Shown piece by piece: positions 9,401 through 18,470 of a stretch of 64,000 nt of DNA. Position numbers and translations under genes: made by a program. Position 1 is the stretch's first letter; the number at the start of each line of letters is the position of its first letter. Under the pieces are notes generated by a model that saw nothing but the letters and a program-made list of their open reading frames with translations, did no database searches and had not been told where the DNA came from. This stretch comes from an uncultured bacterium (GTDB lineage Bacteria; Fidelibacterota; Marinisomatia; Marinisomatales; CAYXUG01). Where the stretch lies: positions 920 through 64,919 of the forward strand of contig CAYXUG010000002.1 of the NCBI GenBank assembly GCA_964468655.1, given 5' to 3'.

Positions 9401-10105
9401 ACTGAATGCCACAAGGTCTGACATCCCATCACGGTTATAGTCTAATCCGGATGCGAAAAGTTTTCCGCCGCTTGTTGTGAAATCTTCAAGCTCGTGAGAC
9501 CAGATTTCTCTAAATTGTCTCGCACCTTTTTCTCCTGTTAAAGATAAAATGGTAACAGTTCTTTTATTAAAACCTTGAGATGATACAAGAAGATCTTCAC
9601 GACCATCACCTTCCAAATCAATGATATCAATGGAATTGATTATCTCGGGATTTTCCAGATCAGATAAAGATAGTATTAGATCCGGTTGCTGAGAAAAGGC
9701 GCCTTGAATCCAGTCAAAGAGATAAATAAACCCAGTCTCTAATCCCGCTTCTGTTTCACGGTTTATGACCAAACTTATTTCTGAATCACCATCGCCATCC
9801 ATATCCATTAATCTCGCACTTTTTATTGTTCCAATAACATTCCCCGGTGTTTCATAAGACCACACGGGCTGTGGGAATCCTAACTCATTTATTTCATAAA
9901 GACCAGTCAGTGTAATATTGGTATTATTCCGCCTTCCTTCTTCAATGGTCAGAAATTCCACTAGATTATCCTGGTCAACATCAAATACTCCCCACATTCC
10001 AGTGATTTTTAAATCACCCGAAAACAGAATGGATGGGATTAAAAATACCAGGAAAAATGATTTATAACAGACTGCAGTGATGGTTTTTTTAAATGAACCT
10101 ATCAA
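6407..10105 (-). CDS. giant surface protein: N-terminal FG-GAP/VCBS-type propeller, ~7-8 cadherin-like (He_PIG/dystroglycan-type) Ig domains, C-terminal TM anchor
   Basis: 1232 aa with a signal peptide. Ca-binding D.D.DG loops are present (DMDGDGDSE, DLEGDGREDLL, DYNRDGMSDLV, DFNQDGFGDLL). Domain boundaries repeat as YVNDPPQI, FVNHPPVL, YVNHPPTI, FVNIPPSV, with ...GLLTWQT / GKITWIP / GTITWAP motifs. The C-terminus is hydrophobic (WPILLAFVGILFSVGVSAIQ). Confidence 0.75.
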   Translation of the reverse strand: MIGSFKKTITAVCYKSFFLVFLIPSILFSGDLKITGMWGVFDVDQDNLVEFLTIEEGRRNNTNITLTGLYEINELGFPQPVWSYETPGNVIGTIKSARLMDMDGDGDSEISLVINRETEAGLETGFIYLFDWIQGAFSQQPDLILSLSDLENPEIINSIDIIDLEGDGREDLLVSSQGFNKRTVTILSLTGEKGARQFREIWSHELEDFTTSGGKLFASGLDYNRDGMSDLVAFSPERNVLRIQIFINQNGRLILGPSHLRRIPGMSVPISNSTVKLDWAGDNQDELLIPFQSGHVVSIGIVKEAVFVRELGINTGPLSDLKQSDFNQDGFGDLLFVSGQQGIITLVYGGAAGGSPLQQPYSIGNTETGAQIFTAIPEIIDGIYLGTVIAGGWTGNESEVFYFELGHVPEYQEEIPMDTYIAESKKETVIEEPPSAYPAEGQLLPLGILPTYILPVHQTFAYTIPEEDDREFFSFRWLGSPPRGMYFHYETRSIEWVPDESQLGAYELSFLAKMKVGETIEVIAAEVDTTVTYQVVPELATSEQKFWIYVNDPPQIISSPGETEFVAGSPFSYQFESVDKNKDAFLRYTVEKGPEGMTVNKDGLLTWQTNDSHINIYGVRVVVSDGFDRGVQTFKLYSRGQVVITSQTEIEATVDEKYEYQLEVRIPEDKQKELKYTLMNPPYGMMVDNIGKITWIPQSTQVDTQKYFIAVNHGIAADTQEVAIFVNHPPVLKSIPDPMTYIALRDTFEFQLVVKDPNEFDIIRYAPLEMPPGMRIDPSTGLLVWVPLEENLDFSTAVIEITDGRTVIEKSFKFYVNANIHIVSEPMTLASVGKTYTYKISTEDMNPGALMPFSNITEIEDVDETKVYSIIIEDDVYLDNIQRYIGEFKNKKSILIELPDRTISEKSDEGSVSRANLKKFIKNIFYEDDRLIVVTKRFGGRWVRIKDVLWHFFEGNKGKPPKVVVEQVPIKRYTLIDFPDGMFVDELSGTITWAPSQRQYDQHKITFLVSDGFTRDEQSYEIYVNHPPTIVSTSPRKARVDKLYKYQVVVEDKNRNKDISYELVKAPKGMQINRLGKITWRPTSTQINSNLMAVKVSDGYNNDIQESKIFVNIPPSVTTEPKPVALSNFEYRYRFITEDLNGDKVKYRAIKLPKYASFDSKTGLLQWKPRINQKGVHDIVLSAVDERGAATSHEFRVHVFEDPASQQFVSTSWPILLAFVGILFSVGVSAIQ

Positions 10106-13100
10106 GGTGATATTTCCGAGGTTGGTGATTTGTTGTTTTCCCGCACATAAAGATATAAATCAATTTCTTCGCTTTCTAATTTTGAAACAATTTCAACTCC
10201 TTCTCCTCTTTTTTCTTTTATTTGTGCTTTGTCCTTTAATTCATATTCAACCAAATAAGACAGTCTGTGGTATCCACCCTGCTTTTCCATGGGTGACCAG
10301 GTAATTGAACGGGCAGATGGGTTGAATGAAGCGCCAATGGGCATTGATAATGGCTGAAAAGAATGAAGTGTTTTTCCATCATCCATTTCTAATGGAAGAT
10401 TGAATGTTTTTCCGGCATAAAGTGTATCTAAAATGAAAGCATCTTTTGGCAGATCACCAAACAAAAACCCCTTGTTACCCTTAACTTGATTAATGTCGAT
10501 AGATTTTAATTCCAGTTTCAGCATCTTTTTTGGATCAGCTTCATATGTTGAATAATCTGCTTCTGCAAAATCAGTACCGGTTTTTTCAATCGCTTTTAGT
10601 TCTCCTTTTCGTGCATTTAAGGCAGAAATACTGCTTGAGTAAGTAGATGGAATGTTGTTGTCCACTTCAGCCAAATTGCCCTCCTCTTCATGAATGGGTA
10701 CAAGATTAATGTCTGAAGCATTTAAGGAACTGAGTATTGGTAAATTTTGTGACTGAGTATATTCAGCATTGTTAGTTTGAGTCTTATTTTTTCCCAAGAA
10801 CTGATCTGTTTCTTTTGTTTTTGTAGATATGGGTAATTCAACTTTGTCTATTGGTGGCACTTCCATTTTAACCTGGTTTGCCATTACCACAACGGTGTTT
10901 TTAATTTTCTGGGATTGAGATTGATTCAAATCCGCTTCTGCAATTGATGGATATTCTTGGACTCGGCTTGCTGTGCCTGAATCTGGAAACGTATCTTCAA
11001 TAGGCGGTTTAGGAGAGGCACTGGCTGTTACCGGCTGTGTATTCCCCGCATTCATTTCCTTTAATTTACTGCTTTCTGAAGATTTATTGAAGTCAACAGT
11101 TTTATTTTTTTCAGAAGCAGTATCAGTCTGGAATTCCTTTTGTATACTGGAACCAGTATCAACACCTTCAGTTATTTTCTGCATATCGGATGGTTTAGCA
11201 AATTTTTCCGGCAGTAGGGTCAATTTAATGGTTTTTTTTGAAGGATCGCGTGCCAATGTTTGAGCTGCTTTCTGATTGGGTGAAGAGGTGATAGAGTCCT
11301 CTTCTTCGAGCAACTGAACAGGTTTTTCCGCAATACCAGTTTCACTTTGTTGTGTAGGTAATTCAGTGAATTGTTGGACAGGTAGCTTTTCATCACTACC
11401 GCCTATATTTTTTTTTGTTTGGTCAATTTTATTTTTATCAATTTTCTTGGCATTTTTTATATTTGTCTGTTCTGAACTTTTCAGCTCTTGTCCTTTAGAT
11501 TTTGACTGATTTGATGCTTCAATCAATGGTTTTGATTCAATGTTTTCAGTTTTTTGCAGAGATATCACATCAGCAGAATGATCACCGGATATCTCATTAA
11601 TATCTTTCTCTATCATACTTGATGGTTCCATCTCCCCCGTTAATGTAGATTGTATTGAGCCAGTTTTGATTGGTTTTAAGGTCTCAATTTTTATGATTTC
11701 TTTTTTCGGTATAATCGAAGCTGAGGTTTCATTTTGTGTCTTTGAAGAGACATCTGTTTTTTGAGAATCTAACATAATGTTAGGCACATCTTTTGGGGAA
11801 ATTTTTGTCCCTTCTCCTTTCAATGTTGGGTTAATTAGAACAGGAGTTGGAGATGCTTCAATCTTTTTGATTATATTTTCTGTTGGTTCTGAAATTAAGT
11901 CTTCGGCGTGTGTTTCCGCATTACCCGTGGCTGAACTTTGTTTTCCCCCATCTTTTGTAACCTGACCACCTGATGATTCGCTGCCTTTTGTTTTGCTGAT
12001 ATTGAGAATTTCAACAATCTTATCGGTCTTTAGATTATTTTTAACTGTATCTGTTTGTATTAAGTGTTCTTTATCTTGCGGTTCTATTTTTGGGGACGGA
12101 ACTGAAGGCGCTTGAATAACAGTTTCTTGTTTTGAAATGTCGGAAGGAAATTGCTCGTTAAAAGTTTTCATTTCATTGGTATCTAAATCCGGACCTTTTA
12201 CGATATCATGTTTTAGACCGCCGGATGTTTGTGAAGTAATTCCCAACTCGGCTCTGGCTAATAAAATTTCATTTACATCATCCTTTCCAAGAGATTTATC
12301 AGAAACATTAAGCCAGTGTTCTTCCTGTTGACTCAATTTAGCTGGTCGAATGTCTTTTGAACCAATTTCAAACGCAGATGTATTACCGTTTTGAAATGGC
12401 AGAACCAATTCTTTTTTCCCATCGTTGTTTAAATCAATAAAGGATGCCCCGCTTGAGATCAGGCGGGGAATTTGTGTCAAAGTCTGACTTCTATCTGACG
12501 TAAATAATGCATCATTTGAAATTGAATGTTGTTGACTGGAAGAGAAATTGCCCCGATCGTTCTCAAAAATATGAATAGTCGTTTTTTCAAACTCAACATT
12601 AACTGCAATAAGATCACTGTCTCCATCTCCATCATGATCTTCGCTGAACAGGTGAATCTTACCAAATCCGGTGGATAAATCCGGGGAAACTATTTCATCA
12701 TCAATTGTAATGCTTGAAAGATCCATCGGATCTTTTATCTCAATAAGAAGAATTTTCCTCGAAAAACTTCCTAATGCCACAGCAATTTCATTAAAACCAT
12801 CATTATCAAAATCCAATGAAGTGAAATTAAAAGGATTCGAAGGATACTCTGATGCACTTGCTCTCCACAAAAGTGAAGGGGAGTCTGCAAATCTGAGGTT
12901 TGACCATTCAAAAAGGTAAAGCCACGGAGATTGTATTCCGGTTCCAGCAGGCGATATTGTGAAGGATAAAACAGCAATCTCCGGATTCCCATCATTATTT
13001 ACGTCCATAATTTTTGCATCTTTGATTCCCGGATTGAAACGATAACTCCACTGTTCTTTGTGATTCCCAAAATCATCAATTTCAATAAATGCCACCTTAT

Positions 13101-13341
13101 CAGGAATTGGTTTGGTGTCGTTTGTTTTTTCAATACTGAGGAATTCGCTTAATCCATCACCATCAAAATCATAAGTTTCACTGAGAGAAATAATTTGTCT
13201 GTTTTGAGCATTTAATAAGGTAATGGGTACGAAAAGAAATAAAATTATCCCGGTAGGTAAGTAATCCCCGAAGGTCATCAACAAAGGATAAAAAATATTT
13301 TTCATATTAATTAGAAAATTCTTCACTCTTTTAAGTTCCAT
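10102..13341 (-). CDS. giant membrane-anchored protein: FG-GAP/VCBS-type propeller, ~600-aa S/T/K/Q/E-rich disordered region, single C-terminal cadherin-like domain
   Basis: 1079 aa. An N-terminal TM is followed by D.DGDG loops (DFDGDGLSEF, DVNNDGNPE, DFDNDGFNE, DHDGDGDSDL, DLNNDGKKEL) and a long low-complexity stretch. The C-terminus contains ...ASFNPSARSITWSP. Its stop overlaps the downstream start (ATGA, 10102-10105). The true start may be the MKNIFYPLL Met at 13305. Confidence 0.7.
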   Translation of the reverse strand: MELKRVKNFLINMKNIFYPLLMTFGDYLPTGIILFLFVPITLLNAQNRQIISLSETYDFDGDGLSEFLSIEKTNDTKPIPDKVAFIEIDDFGNHKEQWSYRFNPGIKDAKIMDVNNDGNPEIAVLSFTISPAGTGIQSPWLYLFEWSNLRFADSPSLLWRASASEYPSNPFNFTSLDFDNDGFNEIAVALGSFSRKILLIEIKDPMDLSSITIDDEIVSPDLSTGFGKIHLFSEDHDGDGDSDLIAVNVEFEKTTIHIFENDRGNFSSSQQHSISNDALFTSDRSQTLTQIPRLISSGASFIDLNNDGKKELVLPFQNGNTSAFEIGSKDIRPAKLSQQEEHWLNVSDKSLGKDDVNEILLARAELGITSQTSGGLKHDIVKGPDLDTNEMKTFNEQFPSDISKQETVIQAPSVPSPKIEPQDKEHLIQTDTVKNNLKTDKIVEILNISKTKGSESSGGQVTKDGGKQSSATGNAETHAEDLISEPTENIIKKIEASPTPVLINPTLKGEGTKISPKDVPNIMLDSQKTDVSSKTQNETSASIIPKKEIIKIETLKPIKTGSIQSTLTGEMEPSSMIEKDINEISGDHSADVISLQKTENIESKPLIEASNQSKSKGQELKSSEQTNIKNAKKIDKNKIDQTKKNIGGSDEKLPVQQFTELPTQQSETGIAEKPVQLLEEEDSITSSPNQKAAQTLARDPSKKTIKLTLLPEKFAKPSDMQKITEGVDTGSSIQKEFQTDTASEKNKTVDFNKSSESSKLKEMNAGNTQPVTASASPKPPIEDTFPDSGTASRVQEYPSIAEADLNQSQSQKIKNTVVVMANQVKMEVPPIDKVELPISTKTKETDQFLGKNKTQTNNAEYTQSQNLPILSSLNASDINLVPIHEEEGNLAEVDNNIPSTYSSSISALNARKGELKAIEKTGTDFAEADYSTYEADPKKMLKLELKSIDINQVKGNKGFLFGDLPKDAFILDTLYAGKTFNLPLEMDDGKTLHSFQPLSMPIGASFNPSARSITWSPMEKQGGYHRLSYLVEYELKDKAQIKEKRGEGVEIVSKLESEEIDLYLYVRENNKSPTSEISP

Positions 13342-13506
13342 TAGAAAGAAGTCTGTCTATATGAATATATTTTGTGGTTGTTGTAAAATCAAGGAAAAAT
13401 GATTGTTTTGCAGTATCTTTTACTTTAATCTGAATTATCCCTTGAAACTTAAGGGAAGCAGGAATAAAATTGACGAGCCATTTACATTCCAGTTAAAGAA
13501 TTACGT

Positions 13507-14454
13507 ATGAAGTATTTAAAAAATTATTTATTAACATTCGTATTAATAACCATGGCATCTGCTCAGGATGATTATTATCCTGCTCAAAATACCTATGGTG
13601 GAGGCGTGGGTTTTAGTCAGATGTTTTTGTTAATTGATATCGGGAAATTGTCCGGTTTTGAGATGCTGGGTAAAACGGCAGATGAAACCAATCCCGAAAA
13701 ATTCGCAGGTCTTGGATTGCCCACAAGCGAATTTTCTTTACCCTTTGTTATCAGTGGAGGTGAGGGATTTTCCCAGATTACAGGTAAATGGCGTCTTGGC
13801 GGATATGCCGGCGTCGGTTCATCCCAAATTAGCGGGAAAGCTGGTATTTATCTTTTTGCAGATTCAGATGGGGATGCTGTATATGACAGCGACGAAGGAG
13901 TTTTGATTGAATATACCGGAAGTGAAGCGCCTGATATCCGGGCGAAATTTTCCATGTGGATTGGTGGCGCCATGGTAGAATATGTTTTTCCAATTTTCAG
14001 GGGTCTGGAGATTTCTCCGGGAACTCTCATTGGTTTTGGAAGAGCAAATCTGAATATTTCACATGGACTCGGAAGCACAGGATGGTCCGATCAATTTGAA
14101 TATCAGCTTGATTCACTGGATAGTAATTTATTTCCAGTGGGTGAATTAGCTGGAGATACAGATATTGTTGATATAGATGATATTACATATTTTCAGGGTA
14201 ATGGTACTTTCAATGTAACGCCGACAATCGGCTCTATGACATCACTTTCAGGGACATTTATTTCTCTTCAACCCTATATTGCGCTAAAACTTCAGGTATT
14301 GGATCGCGTGGGCATTCGATTAACCGCAGGATTTAATCTTGGTGAAATTAAACAGGGGAAATGGGTCCTCAATAACTTGAATTCACTCACCGATTCACCC
14401 TCCACAAGTTTTAACGGTGTTGCAATCAGAGCTATGCTCTATTTTGGTTTATAA
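13507..14454 (+). CDS. secreted hypothetical protein, possibly an outer-membrane beta-barrel
   Basis: 315 aa. It has a signal peptide (LITMASAQDD), a Gly/aromatic-rich alternating pattern, and a C-terminus ...RAMLYFGL that is reminiscent of OMP termini. No recognisable family. Confidence 0.5.
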   Translation: MKYLKNYLLTFVLITMASAQDDYYPAQNTYGGGVGFSQMFLLIDIGKLSGFEMLGKTADETNPEKFAGLGLPTSEFSLPFVISGGEGFSQITGKWRLGGYAGVGSSQISGKAGIYLFADSDGDAVYDSDEGVLIEYTGSEAPDIRAKFSMWIGGAMVEYVFPIFRGLEISPGTLIGFGRANLNISHGLGSTGWSDQFEYQLDSLDSNLFPVGELAGDTDIVDIDDITYFQGNGTFNVTPTIGSMTSLSGTFISLQPYIALKLQVLDRVGIRLTAGFNLGEIKQGKWVLNNLNSLTDSPSTSFNGVAIRAMLYFGL

Positions 14455-14521
14455 CATTTTTCACTTCCACGGAAAACGAAAAAATTGAATCTTTTATCTG
14501 GTTTTAGAATAAGATATAATC

Positions 14522-16105
14522 ATGCATAAAATATTTCGTCGTCCCGTTAAAATTGGTATCATTATTACAGTTGTCACTTTATGCTTCGCTGTTGCTTTAG
14601 CTAATGTATACCCGCAAGCAACCAATATTTATGAAAAAATTAAAGTGATGAATGAAATGATATCGCTGATTAACAAAAATTATGTGGAGCCGGTGGAATG
14701 GGATGAAGTGATGGATGGCGCATTTAGGGGTCTCCTTGAGAAACTGGATCCACATTCCAGTTACATTCCAAAAAAGAAATTTCAGGAAGTGAATGAACCC
14801 TTTAAAGGAAAGTTCGACGGAATTGGTATCGAGTTTGATATATTGGGAGGATACATTACAGTTATCGCTCCCGTGCCGGGGTCTCCTTCCGAAAAAGTGG
14901 GCATCCGTTCCGGCGATCAGTTTATTGAAATTGAAGGAGAAAGTGCTTACAAAATAACAAAAGAGGAAGTATTCAAAAAACTGAGAGGTCCCAGAGGAAC
15001 TTCAGTTAATGTTACCGTGAGAAGACGTGGAGTAAAGGATTCTTTTGAAGTGAATATTGTCCGCGGTGTTATACCAATCTTCAGTGTTACTTCCTCGTTT
15101 ATGATAAATGAGACAACCGGCTATATTCGATTAAGCCGTTTTTCTGCTACCACATCAGATGAAATTGATAATGCCCTTAATAAACTCAAATCTCAGGGGA
15201 TGTCCCAACTCCTATTTGATTTGCGGACGAACAGCGGTGGATACCTTGAACAAGCAGTAGCAGTTGCCGATCAGTTTATAACCACCCAAGACACCCTTGT
15301 TTACACGAAGGGGAGGATTAGAAGTTCTCACCAGGTGTTTCAAGCGCACTCGAATGTTGGCTACGGCAATTTTCCTCTGATTATTTTACTGGATAGATGG
15401 TCTGCCAGTGCAAGCGAAATTGTTTCAGGCGCTGTTCAGGACTTGGACAGGGGACTGATCGTGGGAGAGACCAGCTTTGGCAAGGGGTTGGTGCAAAGGC
15501 AGTGGTCATTGAGCGACGGCTCTGCTGTAAGAGTTACCATTGCTAGATATTATACACCAAGCGGCCGGCTTATCCAACGCCCTTATGAAAATGGGAAAAG
15601 AGAGTATTATAGGGGTATAGGGAAAAAAGACAGAGAAGAAATCCTCGATTCGCTGAAATCAGAAAGGCCCGTTTATTGGTCTAAAAGCGGGAGAGCAGTT
15701 TATGGCGGCGGTGGAATAACACCCGATATCCATATTTCGTATGCAGAATATTCTGATCCTACTTTTAAGGTACTGAGAGATCCAAAACGCCTTGCATTCA
15801 ACTGGGCATCAGATTATGCGGTATCATTAAGAGATACAAAGATATCGAGGAATGAATTTATATTTTCCTATGAAATACCATCTGATGCATACTTCCAATT
15901 TCTGGAATACGTGAAAAATCAAGGGTTAGAAATTGACAATGAGGAAATTAATCAAGACAATGAATATATTAAGAATATTCTAAAAGCAGAAATAGCAGGA
16001 CTCATTTGGGACAAAGAAGCCAAATATCAAGTTAAAGTAGCTGGAGATAATGTTATACGGGAAGCCATTATTTACCTCCCCGAAGCTGAGAAATTTCTTA
16101 ACTGA
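14522..16105 (+). CDS. ctp: carboxy-terminal processing peptidase (S41 family)
   Basis: 527 aa. An N-terminal anchor is followed by a PDZ region (GIEFDILGGYITVIAPVPGSPSEKVGIRSGDQFIEIEG) and the S41 catalytic motifs RWSASASEIVSGAVQD and GETSFGKGLVQ. Confidence 0.9.
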   Translation: MHKIFRRPVKIGIIITVVTLCFAVALANVYPQATNIYEKIKVMNEMISLINKNYVEPVEWDEVMDGAFRGLLEKLDPHSSYIPKKKFQEVNEPFKGKFDGIGIEFDILGGYITVIAPVPGSPSEKVGIRSGDQFIEIEGESAYKITKEEVFKKLRGPRGTSVNVTVRRRGVKDSFEVNIVRGVIPIFSVTSSFMINETTGYIRLSRFSATTSDEIDNALNKLKSQGMSQLLFDLRTNSGGYLEQAVAVADQFITTQDTLVYTKGRIRSSHQVFQAHSNVGYGNFPLIILLDRWSASASEIVSGAVQDLDRGLIVGETSFGKGLVQRQWSLSDGSAVRVTIARYYTPSGRLIQRPYENGKREYYRGIGKKDREEILDSLKSERPVYWSKSGRAVYGGGGITPDIHISYAEYSDPTFKVLRDPKRLAFNWASDYAVSLRDTKISRNEFIFSYEIPSDAYFQFLEYVKNQGLEIDNEEINQDNEYIKNILKAEIAGLIWDKEAKYQVKVAGDNVIREAIIYLPEAEKFLN

Positions 16106-16144
16106 TATGGATAAATTAGATGTACAAAATTTCAGAAAGGTGCA

Positions 16145-16173
16145 TTGACATTTCTTTGAAGAATGTTTATTTT
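16145..16173 (+). promoter_or_regulatory. candidate sigma70-type promoter for the exbB operon
   Basis: TTGACA (16145-16150), a 17-nt spacer, then TATTTT (16168-16173), about 33 nt upstream of the exbB ATG. Sequence match only. Confidence 0.35.
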
Positions 16174-16205
16174 TGCTGTCTTAAATTTTTAGGAGGATAT
16201 AAAAA

Positions 16206-16841
16206 ATGGTTCAATATTTTCTAGATGGTGGCGCTTTTATGTGGCCGATACTTGCATTGCTTCTTTTCGGGCTTGGGTTTGGATTAGAGCGGCTGTATAC
16301 CTTATATAAAGCGTCTGTTGATACAAAAGCATTTCTAACAAAAGTTCGTACCGCACTCCACGATGAGGGGTATGATTCCGCAATGGACATATGCAGTAAA
16401 ACCAGAGGTCCCGTAGCAGAAATATTTCATGCAGGCCTTGCCCGGATTCATCGTGGGATTGAGGCGGTCGAAAAGGCAATCGAAAGTGCCGGTACAATTG
16501 AAATGTCTTTTCTTGAAAAGAATATGGTATGGTTGAGTACAGTAATTACCATTGCACCCATGCTTGGTTTCACAGGAACAGTTGCAGGTATGATTCGAGC
16601 ATTTGATGATATTAAAGCAGCAAATGATATCTCTCCCGCTGTCGTTGCCGGCGGGATTTCTGTTGCTCTTTTGACAACCTTGTTTGGATTGGTGGTTGCT
16701 ATAATAATCCAGATAATACAAAACTATCTGATTTCAAGGGTTGACAAACTCATCATTGATATGGAAGAATATTCAGTTCTTCTGTTGGATGAATTGGTAG
16801 AGCTGGAACAAAAGGGCTCTCTGAAATCTAAAAAGAAGTAA
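16206..16841 (+). CDS. exbB: MotA/TolQ/ExbB-family proton channel (ExbB-type)
   Basis: 211 aa with AGGAGG upstream. It has a 3-TM ExbB/TolQ layout (GGAFMWPILALLLFGLGFGLER; ...IAPMLGFTGTVAGMI...; ALLTTLFGLVVAI). Two exbD genes and tonB follow. Confidence 0.9.
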   Translation: MVQYFLDGGAFMWPILALLLFGLGFGLERLYTLYKASVDTKAFLTKVRTALHDEGYDSAMDICSKTRGPVAEIFHAGLARIHRGIEAVEKAIESAGTIEMSFLEKNMVWLSTVITIAPMLGFTGTVAGMIRAFDDIKAANDISPAVVAGGISVALLTTLFGLVVAIIIQIIQNYLISRVDKLIIDMEEYSVLLLDELVELEQKGSLKSKKK

Positions 16842-16858
16842 CTAACCATAAACAAACT

Positions 16859-17251
16859 ATGAAGCGGAGAATCAGACCGGGAGAAATACCAACTTCTTCA
16901 ATGGCAGATATTGCTTTTCTGCTGTTAATCTTTTTTCTAGTCACAACAACCATTGACATGGACAAAGGGTTGAGCCTGGTTTTGCCACCCCCCGGAGAAA
17001 CCAAAGAAATCCCCAAAAAGAATATTTCAAACTTGCTAATCAACGCGCATGGAAAAGTGATGATAGATAAAGAACCGGTGAAATTAAGGGATATTAAAGG
17101 TGTAATTCAGAAAAAACTGGTAGCGAATGATAAATTAATTATTTCCGTAAAGACTCATGCTAAGACCAAATATCAATCGTATATATTTGTTCTTGATCAG
17201 CTGAAACAATCCAACGCAACAAGAATTTCCATTGCCGAGCCGGACAACTAA
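16859..17251 (+). CDS. exbD: ExbD/TolR-family protein 1
   Basis: 130 aa. The N-terminus has the typical ExbD motif IPTSSMADIAFLLLIFFLVTT followed by a periplasmic domain. Confidence 0.9.
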   Translation: MKRRIRPGEIPTSSMADIAFLLLIFFLVTTTIDMDKGLSLVLPPPGETKEIPKKNISNLLINAHGKVMIDKEPVKLRDIKGVIQKKLVANDKLIISVKTHAKTKYQSYIFVLDQLKQSNATRISIAEPDN

Positions 17252-17661
17252 TGAAATTTAATGCGAAAACAAAAGTAAGCAGTGAAATCCCAACGGCGTC
17301 AATGCCGGACATTATTTTTATGCTTCTTATCTTTTTTATGGTAACCACAGTTTTAAGGGAATACGAAGGATTGAATGTTTTTCTTCCGGAAGCGAAGAAA
17401 ATAGAGAGACTCGAGACCAAGAGACATGTATCCTATATCTTTGTGTCTAAAGACGGACTTATTTCTATAGATGATAAAATTGTTCCCATTGATAATGTCC
17501 GTCATGTCATGTATAAAAAGCGAAAGGCAGATCCGCAGCTAACAGTATCATTGAAATCTGACCAACTGGCGAATATGGAATTAATCAATGATATGCATAC
17601 TGAATTAAGACATGCAGATGCACTGAAAGTAAATTATTCCTCAAAAACTAAAGTGGATTAA
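17251..17661 (+). CDS. exbD: ExbD/TolR-family protein 2
   Basis: 136 aa with the motif IPTASMPDIIFMLLIFFMVTT. Its start overlaps the upstream stop (TAATG). Confidence 0.9.
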   Translation: MKFNAKTKVSSEIPTASMPDIIFMLLIFFMVTTVLREYEGLNVFLPEAKKIERLETKRHVSYIFVSKDGLISIDDKIVPIDNVRHVMYKKRKADPQLTVSLKSDQLANMELINDMHTELRHADALKVNYSSKTKVD

Positions 17662-17663
17662 TT

Positions 17664-18308
17664 GTGATTATCAGAAAAGATCCATCCATTTCGCTGAAGC
17701 TTAGATATCCTATTTTCGTCCGGGTTTCTATCCTTGTCAGCATACTTCTCATGATTGTATTATTGAGAGCATTCCCCCGATTTGGAGTAAAAAAGTTTAT
17801 TGAAAAAGCAGTTCATATTGATATAGAGCAAATTGAAATCCCCCAGACTCAGCAGTTTGAACTTCCACCACCCCCTGCCAGACCCTCAATTCCCATTGAG
17901 TCAGAGGATGAAGACCTTGCCGATGATGTAACCATAGAAGAAACAGAATTGGATATTTTTAAGGAGTGGGATGCGCCCCCGCCACCTGACCAAGGACCAC
18001 AATCCAAGTTTATACCTTATGATGACCCGCCCGTGCCGATAGGTGGATATACTGCCATTCAAAGAAATATTGTCTATCCCGAAATTGCCCAGGAAGCGGG
18101 TATTGAAGGGACTGTAGTTATTCAAGCATTTGTGAATAAGAAAGGAAATGTGACTGATACCGTTGTGCTTAAAGGCATTCCAAACACAGGTCTTGATGAA
18201 GCTGCAATGGCTGCAATAAAAAAGACAAAATTCAATCCCGCGAAACAAAGAGATAGAGCTGTTGGGGTCTGGATATCAATCCCAGTGAACTTTAGACTGA
18301 AGGGGTAG
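17664..18308 (+). CDS. tonB: TonB-family energy transducer
   Basis: 214 aa with a GTG start. An N-terminal TM and a Pro-rich linker (ELPPPPARPSIP...APPPPDQGP) precede a TonB C-terminal domain (YPEIAQEAGIEGTVVIQAFVNKKGNV...PAKQRDRAVGVWISIPVNFRL). Confidence 0.9.
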   Translation: MIIRKDPSISLKLRYPIFVRVSILVSILLMIVLLRAFPRFGVKKFIEKAVHIDIEQIEIPQTQQFELPPPPARPSIPIESEDEDLADDVTIEETELDIFKEWDAPPPPDQGPQSKFIPYDDPPVPIGGYTAIQRNIVYPEIAQEAGIEGTVVIQAFVNKKGNVTDTVVLKGIPNTGLDEAAMAAIKKTKFNPAKQRDRAVGVWISIPVNFRLKG

Positions 18309-18333
18309 ATTTTCCCAATCCTATTGTTAACCT

Positions 18334-18367
18334 AACCTGACTTGTTTCATGGGTCAGGTTTTTTATT
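18334..18367 (+). terminator. rho-independent terminator after tonB
   Basis: A perfect 8-bp stem, AACCTGAC (18334-18341) / GTCAGGTT (18353-18360), encloses an 11-nt loop and is followed by TTTTATT. Confidence 0.7.
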
Positions 18368-18470
18368 ACACAAATGTCAATTTTAAAACAATCAATGAGT
18401 GAGAATAACAGGTTAATATTTTATCTTTCCGTAAATAGATTGATGTCTATAATTTCACTGCTGACTTACA

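Noticed and set aside
16237-16721. 86-aa and 128-aa minus-strand ORFs inside exbB
   Set aside because: They are antisense shadows of a well-supported ExbB gene, with Cys/His/Asn-rich nonsense composition.
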